Shown: positions 1 to 6,058 of the stretch, piece after piece
How positions within the stretch are numbered: position 1 is the first letter of the stretch
How the letters are laid out: each line of letters begins with the position of its first letter
Source: Armatimonadia bacterium
Lineage (GTDB): Bacteria; Armatimonadota; Zipacnadia; Zipacnadales; UBA11051
Assembly (NCBI GenBank): GCA_039683575.1
Contig: JBDKRC010000187.1
Location: forward strand, 1 to 10,740
Reading direction: 5' to 3'
DNA: 10,740 nt
The notes under the pieces: model-generated
Database searches by the model: none
Told to the model about the DNA's origin: nothing
Seen by the model: the letters and a program-made list of their open reading frames with translations, nothing else
Program-made: the position numbers and the translations under genes

Positions 1-183
1 GGGGCCACCGCCGGGAGGTCCGGCCTCAGCGGGCGGCGGCCCGCCCTCTTCCTGAGCGGAAACGCCGGACACCATGAGAATGGCGACGACGGCCAGTACC
101 AGTACTGCCACGCCTATCAGCAGCATGCCCCGTCGGGGGCGCCGCGTGAACAGGCGCCTGAGCCCGCAAATGCCCTCAATCAT
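1..183 (-). CDS. 5' part (first 61 codons, runs off window) of an exported Pro/Gly-rich protein whose N-terminus matches that of the 183..905 protein; absent from the ORF track
   Basis: ATG at 183-181 overlaps the TAA of the upstream gene (TAATG). SD AAGGAG (194-189) lies 5 nt upstream. Manual translation with no stop: MIEGICGLRRLFTRRPRRGMLLIGVAVLVLAVVAILMVSGVSAQEEGGPPPAEAGPPGGGP. Basic n-region, hydrophobic h-region, VSA|Q cleavage-like site. Confidence 0.85.
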   Translation of the reverse strand, partial: MIEGICGLRRLFTRRPRRGMLLIGVAVLVLAVVAILMVSGVSAQEEGGPPPAEAGPPGGGP

Positions 184-905
184 TATAGCTCCTTGACGGT
201 GACGGTGGCATACCAGGGGTCAATCAGCGATCGCATCATACTGAGACCGACCCATGGGGTCTGCTGGGCGTCCACGCGTGCCCGGTTGGCGTTGAAGTCT
301 CGGACCTGTGCCATCCTCGTGGCATCGTAGCCGCCAGACGAACTGGCCGCCGTGCCGATGGCCTGGTTGCGGAGATTGACGGCCTCGTTGAGGCTATCGC
401 TCCAGATGGGCTTGTTGACGGCCTTGGGGTCCGCCGGCTTGGCATCGGGCCAGCGGGTGCGGTCCGCCGGGCCGACCATCGCGCGGATCTCGGCGTTCTC
501 GGCATCGCGCATGGAGCGCATGACTTCGCTGGTGCGGACGCACCACTGCTGGACATCGCCGGCCACCATGCCACCGGTCATGTTCGGTGCGGGCTTGAAT
601 TCGGGAAGCTGGGGGTAGGCAGCATCCAGAGGAGGCTCAGGCAAGCCCACGGAGGCGGCGGGGGCCGCAGGTGCGGCTCCGGCCTCGGCACCGGGGCCGC
701 CGGGAGCGCCAGGGCCGCCTGGAGCACCAGGAGGCCCTCCGGGACCGCCGCCGGGAGGCCCGCCAGCATCTCCCGCAGGGGCTGCATCCGCGGGCGGAGG
801 TCCGCCCTCATCCTGGGCAAACATCCCGCTTTGCAGCAAGCCCAGAGATATGAGGGTGAGGACTGCAATGATCGTGAGTACGACCTTAACACGCCTGCTG
901 GCCAT
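183..905 (-). CDS. Hypothetical exported protein (240 aa): signal peptide, Pro/Gly/Ala low-complexity segment, unrecognised C-terminal region of about 150 aa
   Basis: MASRRVK, then hydrophobic VVLTIIAVLTLISLGLL, then SGMFA|Q. SD-like AGGTGG 6 nt before the ATG. Sigma70-like promoter about 50 nt upstream. Stop codon is coupled to the next ATG. Confidence 0.85.
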   Translation of the reverse strand: MASRRVKVVLTIIAVLTLISLGLLQSGMFAQDEGGPPPADAAPAGDAGGPPGGGPGGPPGAPGGPGAPGGPGAEAGAAPAAPAASVGLPEPPLDAAYPQLPEFKPAPNMTGGMVAGDVQQWCVRTSEVMRSMRDAENAEIRAMVGPADRTRWPDAKPADPKAVNKPIWSDSLNEAVNLRNQAIGTAASSSGGYDATRMAQVRDFNANRARVDAQQTPWVGLSMMRSLIDPWYATVTVKEL

Positions 906-954
906 GTGACGCCACCTGGATCCTGGCGATATCTTCTACTTCTTCCCCACGTGG

Positions 955-984
955 AGTATAGACGCAGGGCGTGACGCAAGTCAA
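955..984 (-). promoter_or_regulatory. Sigma70-type promoter for the exported-protein operon
   Basis: Minus strand TTGACT (984-979), 18-nt spacer, TATACT (960-955). Each hexamer matches consensus at 5/6, which stands out in GC-rich DNA. Confidence 0.75.
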
Positions 985-987
985 GAA

Positions 988-1018
988 TGCCTTGGGCGTT
1001 TTGGCAGCGGCCAAGGCA
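988..1018. repeat. Inverted repeat TGCCTTGG-N15-CCAAGGCA (possible terminator of the liv-paaK transcript, or an operator)
   Basis: Perfect 8-bp arms at 988-995 and 1011-1018, about 50 nt past the paaK stop. On the minus strand it is followed by TTCTT, which runs into the -35 box. Confidence 0.45.
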
Positions 1019-1066
1019 CGCCCCGCGAGCCCGTGGGGTATGTAGATAGTTCACCATCCGCTGCAG

Positions 1067-2365
1067 CTACACCTGCCGCTTGTCCACGACCCGCGGATAT
1101 GTCCCCCGGGCGTGCAGGCTGCGCGGTTCGAGCAGCGTGAGTTTGAGGTCCACGCCCAGTTCCTGACGCAGGCGGCGGGCGATCTGTTCGCGGATGCGCA
1201 GGACCTGGTTGGCCATGTCTCCCGGAAGCCCGGTCAGTTCGACGCGGATGTCAAGCTCGTCTATTGAGCCCTGCCGGTCCAGCACCAGTTGGAAGTGCTC
1301 TGTCACCGCGGGGAACTCCGCCAGCACCCGCGCCACGTCGCTCGGGAGAATGTTCACACCGTGGATGATGGCCATGTCGTCGCTGCGCCGGAAAACCCGC
1401 GCCATTCGCGCCGAGGTGCGCCCGCAGCCGCAGGGGCGGGTGTCGATCGAGGAGATGTCTCCGGAACGGTAGCGCAGGAGCGGCAGGGCTTCGCGGGCGA
1501 GCGTCGTGAATACCAACTCACCCTCGGCGCCATCCGGGACCGGCTCACCGGTGACGGGATCTATGACCTCGCCGAGAAAATGGTCCTCCGCGAGGTGCAG
1601 GCCACAGCGCTCGGGGCATTCCCCAGCCACTCCCGGGCCGCCCATCTCACTCAGACCGTAGATGTCATAGGCTCGCAGGTACAGGCGGCGCTCGATCTCG
1701 GCCCGCCGCTCCTCGCTCCACGGCTCCGCTCCAAAAAGCCCGACTCGCAGGGAGAGGGAGTTGGGCTCGAGGGCCATATCCTCGAGAGCCTGGGCAATGG
1801 CGAGGGCGTATGAGGGCATGCCGATGAGAGCCGTGCTGCGGAAGTCCTGCATGATCTTCACCTGCTGGGGCAACTCGGCCTCGGAGACAGGCAGAACAGA
1901 GGCCCCGATCGCCTCGGCGCCCTGGTGCAGGCCGAAGCCGCCGGAGAAGAGCCCATAGCCGAAAAAGATCTGCACAACATCCTCGCGCGTGATCTCCCCC
2001 GCGGTCAGATTGCGTGCCACAAGCTCGGTCCAGTGCTTGAGGTCGTTGGCGGTGTAGGCGATGACGGTGGGGGCGCCGGTGGTTCCGGAGGAGAGATGGA
2101 AGCGGACGACTTCGCGCAGGGGCAGGGCCACGAGGTCGTAGGGATAGCTGCGGCGCAGGTCGTCCTTGGTGGTGAAGGGCAGACGGCGCAGGTCTTCAAC
2201 GCCCTGGACGGCTTCCGGCTCGATCTGGAGTTCGTCCAGCCGACGGCGGTAGAAGGGCACGTTCTTGTAGCAGCGGTTGACCGTCGCCTGCAGGCGCTCG
2301 AGTTGTAGCTGCCGCAACTCCTCGCGGTCCATGCACTCGTAACGGGGGCTGTAGATGGCGGACAT
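1067..2365 (-). CDS. paaK: Phenylacetate-CoA ligase (PaaK) family adenylate-forming protein, 432 aa; true start is MSAIYSPRYE, not the start of the 700-aa ORF
   Basis: Motifs: LQLERLQ...NVPFYR, LPFTTKDDLR, P-loop SSGTTG, GYGLF, GAEPWSE, DIYGLSE.GPG, ECxxxxGLH and CGCGR (Zn ligands), RYRSGD, RSDDMxIxxGVN. SD GAGGA 7 nt before the ATG at 2365. Substrate unproven; A10 Lys absent (see findings). Confidence 0.85.
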   Translation of the reverse strand: MSAIYSPRYECMDREELRQLQLERLQATVNRCYKNVPFYRRRLDELQIEPEAVQGVEDLRRLPFTTKDDLRRSYPYDLVALPLREVVRFHLSSGTTGAPTVIAYTANDLKHWTELVARNLTAGEITREDVVQIFFGYGLFSGGFGLHQGAEAIGASVLPVSEAELPQQVKIMQDFRSTALIGMPSYALAIAQALEDMALEPNSLSLRVGLFGAEPWSEERRAEIERRLYLRAYDIYGLSEMGGPGVAGECPERCGLHLAEDHFLGEVIDPVTGEPVPDGAEGELVFTTLAREALPLLRYRSGDISSIDTRPCGCGRTSARMARVFRRSDDMAIIHGVNILPSDVARVLAEFPAVTEHFQLVLDRQGSIDELDIRVELTGLPGDMANQVLRIREQIARRLRQELGVDLKLTLLEPRSLHARGTYPRVVDKRQV

Positions 2366-2394
2366 GGCGGGTTCCTCGTTGGAGAGGTTCTTTA

Positions 2395-2457
2395 CAGGAT
2401 GTGCAGGATGTGCGGCAGGATAGACAGGATGAGAAAGACGATAAGGATATGGAGGAT
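2395..2457. repeat. Degenerate (C)AGGAT micro-repeat array in the livF-paaK spacer
   Basis: AGGAT at 2396, 2405, 2417, 2426, 2444 and 2453 (spacings 9, 12, 9, 18, 9); the first four copies are CAGGAT. Purine-rich on + and lower in GC than the flanking genes. Confidence 0.75.
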
Positions 2458-2465
2458 GGTACGGA

Positions 2466-3209
2466 CTATACTTCCTCGTAGTCCTTCCCCAGATATGCTC
2501 TGCGGACGTCGCGGTTGCGCAGGAGCTCGTCGGCACTGCCCTCCAGGACCACTTTGCCGGTTTCCATGACATAGCCGCGGTCGGCGACCTTGAGGGCGGC
2601 GCGGGCGTTTTGCTCCACCACCAAGATGGTGGTCCCCTCTTCGCGCAGACGCGTGATGGTCTCCATGATCTGTTTGGCCACCAGCGGGGCGAGGCCGAGA
2701 CAGGGCTCATCGAGCAGGAGCAGGCGCGGGCGGGCCATGAGGGCGCGGCCCATAGCGAGCATCTGTTGCTGGCCGCCGGAGAGGCTCCCTCCGCGGCGGG
2801 CGCGGAAGTCGTTGAGAATGGGGAAGAGGTCATAGATGCGCTGCAGGTCCTCTTCAACCCCGCGGTCGCGGGCCCGCAGGCGGGTGTAGGCACCGAGGAG
2901 GAGGTTGTCGTGGACGGAGAGCGGGCCGAAGATCTGCCGCCCCTCAGGGACCTGCGTGATGCCCATGCGGACCAGCTTGTCTGTCGCGACGCCGGCGATC
3001 TTCTGCCCGGCGAAGGAGATCGCGCCGGCGGCGGGGCGGAGCAGGCCGCAGATGGCGCGGAGCGTGGTGGTCTTCCCGGCGCCGTTGGCCCCGAGCAGCG
3101 CCACCACCTCGCCCTCGTTGACGTGCAGCGAAACGCCCTTGAGGACGTGCAGGCGGCCATAGTGGACATTCAGACCGGAGAGGGTGAGCAGGAGCTTGCT
3201 GTCGCTCAT
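2466..3209 (-). CDS. livF: HAAT-family ABC transporter ATP-binding subunit (LivF-like), 247 aa
   Basis: Walker A GANGAGKTT, VPEGRQIF, signature LSGGQQQM, Walker B LLLLDEP, VEQN, C-terminal VRRAYLG. ATGA overlap with the livG stop. Confidence 0.93.
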   Translation of the reverse strand: MSDSKLLLTLSGLNVHYGRLHVLKGVSLHVNEGEVVALLGANGAGKTTTLRAICGLLRPAAGAISFAGQKIAGVATDKLVRMGITQVPEGRQIFGPLSVHDNLLLGAYTRLRARDRGVEEDLQRIYDLFPILNDFRARRGGSLSGGQQQMLAMGRALMARPRLLLLDEPCLGLAPLVAKQIMETITRLREEGTTILVVEQNARAALKVADRGYVMETGKVVLEGSADELLRNRDVRRAYLGKDYEEV

Positions 3210-3982
3210 TGCGGGTCCTCCTCTCCGAGATAGGCCGCGATCACGTGATGATTGGCCTGGATGCCCTGCGGTGTGTCGAGGGCGAGTAGACGGCCCTGGT
3301 CGAGCACCGCCACCTGGGCGCAGACCTCCATCACGAGGCTCATATCGTGCTCGATGAGCATCGTCGTCAGGCCGGTCTCTCCGATGCGGCCGATCAGTTC
3401 GCCGAGGGTCTCGGTTTCGTGGGTGGTCAGGCCGGCTGCGGGCTCGTCCAGCAGCAGCAGCCGGGGCCGCGAGGCGAGCGCGCGGGCGATCTCCACAAGG
3501 CGCTGACGGCCGGGCGGGAGGCTGGCGGCGGGTTCTGCGGCCAGAGCGGACAGCCCAACGAACTTAAGCGCCTCATGCGCCATCGCCTGCAACTCGCTCT
3601 CCTCGCGCTTCAGAGCGGGCAGGTGCAGGAGCGCTGAGACGATGCCCTGATGGCCATGCCGGTGGCATCCGGTCAAGACGTTGTCCAAGACGCTCATGCT
3701 GCCGAAGACCTGAAGGTTCTGGAAGGTACGCGCGAGGCCAAGGGCCGCCACGCGGTGTTGTGGCAGGGCGGTGATACGGTGGTCCATGAGCCAGACGGAG
3801 CCGGAGGAGGCGCGGTAGAGGCCGGAGATGACATTGAAGAGGGTGGTCTTGCCAGCTCCATTGGGTCCGATGACGCCGAACGTGACGCCTTGTGGGACCT
3901 CGAACGAGACCTTGTCCACGGCTTGCAGGCCGCCGAAGGACTTGCTGAGCGCCTCGAGGCGCAGGAAGGGCGTTTCAGGCAT
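3206..3982 (-). CDS. livG: HAAT-family ABC transporter ATP-binding subunit (LivG-like), 258 aa
   Basis: FGGLQAV, Walker A GPNGAGKTT, ARTFQN, LPPGRQRLVEIARALA, LLLLDEPAAG, IEHDM, AYLG. 8-nt overlap with the end of livM. Confidence 0.93.
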   Translation of the reverse strand: MPETPFLRLEALSKSFGGLQAVDKVSFEVPQGVTFGVIGPNGAGKTTLFNVISGLYRASSGSVWLMDHRITALPQHRVAALGLARTFQNLQVFGSMSVLDNVLTGCHRHGHQGIVSALLHLPALKREESELQAMAHEALKFVGLSALAAEPAASLPPGRQRLVEIARALASRPRLLLLDEPAAGLTTHETETLGELIGRIGETGLTTMLIEHDMSLVMEVCAQVAVLDQGRLLALDTPQGIQANHHVIAAYLGEEDPQ

Positions 3983-4952
3983 CCTGGCTGGCCCCCTTCC
4001 GGCGGAAGGACCAGGTCGAGAGCCGCGCCAGGCCCTGGGGCTGGAAGAGCAGCATCAGCACCAGGATCAGGCCGAAGATGACCACATCCAGGTCCTTTAC
4101 CAGCGGGTAGTGCTGCCCCACATTGGCCAGAACCTGGGAGATGATGGTCAGCACGGCGGCGCCGATGACGGGGCCCCAGACAGTGGCAGCGCCGCCTACG
4201 ATCACCATCAGCATCAGCTCGATTGAGAACGGGAAGCCGAAGGGATCGGGGTTCACGAAGTTGACGTAGTGGGCGTAGAGACTGCCGGCGACTGAGGCGA
4301 AGACGCCGCTGAGAACGAAGACCATGACCTTGGCGCGGGCAGTGTCGACGGCACAACTGCGGGCCGCTATTTCGCTGTCGTGGATGGCCCGCAGCGCGCG
4401 TCCAAGGCGTGACTCCAGCAGGTTGCGCGACAGGAGAAGCTGCAAGAGCAGCAGCGGCCAGAGGAAGCAGTACATGCGCAGGTCGTTGTCCAGGGCGATG
4501 GGCCCGAGGTGCAGGTCCGCCAGCCCCGGCAGCCCGGAGGGACCGCCCGTGATGCCGGCAGCCTGATTGAAGACGATCTTGACGATGATGCCGAAGCCGA
4601 GGGTGGCCATGGCGAGGTAGTGGCCATGGAGCTTGAGCGTGGGCCTGCCGACGAGGTAGGCAATCAAGCCAGTGACGGCGGCGGAGACTACCAGAGCGAG
4701 CCACGGGTTCCACGACAGGTGGAGGGTGAGCATCGCCGAGCCATAGGCTCCAAGACCATAGAAGGCGGCGTGGCCGAGCGAGACCTGGCCTGTGTAGCCG
4801 AGCAGCAGCCCGAGGCCAACTGCCACCATGGCGTGAAGGGCAATGAAGATAGCCATGCTGAGGTGGTAGGAACTGCGGGTAACGAGCGGCAGCGCCACCA
4901 CGATTGCGAGGGCGATGAAGAAGGGCAGGTTTTGGCGCAGGCGGTTGGTCAT
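3975..4952 (-). CDS. livM: HAAT-family ABC transporter permease (LivM-like), 325 aa
   Basis: GYTGQVSLGHAAFYGLGAY, LHGHYLAMATLGF, TGGPSG, GRALRAIHDSEIAA, VIVGG...GPVIGA; multiple TM segments. Confidence 0.93.
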   Translation of the reverse strand: MTNRLRQNLPFFIALAIVVALPLVTRSSYHLSMAIFIALHAMVAVGLGLLLGYTGQVSLGHAAFYGLGAYGSAMLTLHLSWNPWLALVVSAAVTGLIAYLVGRPTLKLHGHYLAMATLGFGIIVKIVFNQAAGITGGPSGLPGLADLHLGPIALDNDLRMYCFLWPLLLLQLLLSRNLLESRLGRALRAIHDSEIAARSCAVDTARAKVMVFVLSGVFASVAGSLYAHYVNFVNPDPFGFPFSIELMLMVIVGGAATVWGPVIGAAVLTIISQVLANVGQHYPLVKDLDVVIFGLILVLMLLFQPQGLARLSTWSFRRKGASQDA

Positions 4953-4994
4953 GTGATGATGGTCATAGAGAGGCGACTAAGCCGCTTCGTACCA

Positions 4995-5042
4995 GCAGCG
5001 CGGGCGGCTTGTTCTCGGCGGCAGGCGAGCCGCCTGCCCTAC
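4995..5042. repeat. GTAG-type REP palindrome with a degenerate inverted partner (REPIN/BIME-like doublet) between livH and livM
   Basis: Minus strand 5042-5020 reads GTAG-GGCAGGCG-GCT-CGCCTGCC (perfect 8-bp stem). Plus strand 4995-5013 GCAGCGCGGGCGGCTTGTT matches its first 19 nt at 13 positions, in inverted orientation. Confidence 0.65.
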
Positions 5043-5074
5043 TGTGTCCGGGATGGCCATTTTGGTGACAACAT

Positions 5075-5965
5075 CTAGACGCCTTCGGTCGTGCGCTTGC
5101 CCAGCAGGCCCGAGGGGCGCAGGAACAGGACCAGCAGCAGGATTACGAAGGCGAAAGCGTCCTGGTAGCCGGCGGCGCCCTGTGGGGCGAGGCCGACGCC
5201 GAGGTTCTCAAGCAAGCCTACGAGAATGCCGCCGAAGATGGCACCGAGGCCGTTCCCCAGGCCACCGATGATGGCTCCGGAGAAGCCCTTGAGGCCCAGT
5301 ATGGTGCCCGAATCGTAGGCTGCGAAAGTCAGGGGAGAGATCACTGCCCCCGCGAGGGCCGACAGGCCGGCGCTCAGCGCGAAGGATAGCTGCACCATGC
5401 GCTCGACGCTGATCCCGGCCAGTCGCGCGGCCTCGGGGTTGATCGCGCAGGCTTGCATAGCCTTGCCGATCAGCGTCCGGTCGAAGAAAAGTCGCACCGA
5501 CACCACCACGAGCGCCGCCAGCCCCACAACCCACAGGTACTGCATTTGGACCGCTGCGCCAGCGATGAAGAGAGAGCTTTCGCCCGAGAAGGCTGGGACG
5601 GAGAAGGCGTCGGCCCCCCAGATGAGCTTTGCGACCCCGCGCAGAATGACTGAGACGCCCACGGTGACAATCACGAGCGTCACCAGGGGGGCATTGCGCA
5701 GGGGACGGATGGTGAGGCGCTCCATGAGCAGGCCGATGGCCGCCACGATCAGTACAGCGATAAGGAGGGCCAGAACCAGCGGGAGATGGGCCACGACGAA
5801 GAAGGTGGATAAGAGCAGCCCGCCGAGCATCACGAACTCGCCCTGGGCGAAGTTGATGATACCAGTGGCGTTGTAGATGATCGTGAAGCCCAGGGCTACC
5901 AGAGCGTAGACGCAGCCGACGGTGAGGCCGGTAAGAAGATATTGGAGGATTTCGGAGAAGAGCAT
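5075..5965 (-). CDS. livH: HAAT-family ABC transporter permease (LivH-like), 296 aa; start reassigned to MLFSEILQ
   Basis: GLTVGCVYALVALGFTIIY..TGIINFAQGEF, T.IGKAMQA...N.EAA.L.GI, KGFSGAIIGGLG, RPSGLLG. The upstream TTG start given in the track runs through a hairpin. Confidence 0.92.
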   Translation of the reverse strand: MLFSEILQYLLTGLTVGCVYALVALGFTIIYNATGIINFAQGEFVMLGGLLLSTFFVVAHLPLVLALLIAVLIVAAIGLLMERLTIRPLRNAPLVTLVIVTVGVSVILRGVAKLIWGADAFSVPAFSGESSLFIAGAAVQMQYLWVVGLAALVVVSVRLFFDRTLIGKAMQACAINPEAARLAGISVERMVQLSFALSAGLSALAGAVISPLTFAAYDSGTILGLKGFSGAIIGGLGNGLGAIFGGILVGLLENLGVGLAPQGAAGYQDAFAFVILLLVLFLRPSGLLGKRTTEGV

Positions 5966-6002
5966 GTTGTCGGGTCCCAAGCTGGCTGCGGTGTCGGTCA
6001 GG

Positions 6003-6040
6003 AACAGGAGTGACAGGCCGCGTGGCCTGTCACTCCCGTT
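6003..6040 (-). other. Strong intercistronic stem-loop just after the SBP gene (mRNA stabiliser or partial terminator)
   Basis: mRNA AACGGGAGUGACAGGCC-ACGC-GGCCUGUCACUCCUGUU: 17-bp stem with one G-U and a 4-nt loop, starting 18 nt after the SBP stop. No U-tract follows. Confidence 0.75.
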
Positions 6041-6058
6041 GCTATCGAGCGTCAATTG

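Noticed and set aside
685-738. Collagen-like protein call for the Gly-X-Y run
   Set aside because: Only six uninterrupted triplets, too short to call a collagen domain; treated as a low-complexity linker.
2395-2457. CRISPR array or VNTR interpretation of the AGGAT repeats
   Set aside because: Units are 5-6 nt with short irregular gaps, far from CRISPR repeat/spacer sizes; no cas genes; not a perfect tandem repeat.
1067-3169. 700-aa ORF, or a LivF-PaaK frameshift fusion
   Set aside because: The first 268 codons are the +1 shadow frame of livF plus the repeat spacer (Ser/Pro/Arg/Ala-rich, no motifs). PaaK similarity begins at Met 2365, which has its own SD. livF has a normal C-terminus and stop, and I see no slippery site. 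A similar long shadow frame occurs at 3694-4713.
4949-5074. Mini-ORFs in the livH-livM gap (MLSPKWPSRTQ right after the livH stop; MTIIT overlapping the livM ATG)
   Set aside because: Very short, no SD, and one ends in the REP's TAG; indistinguishable from chance without ribosome profiling.
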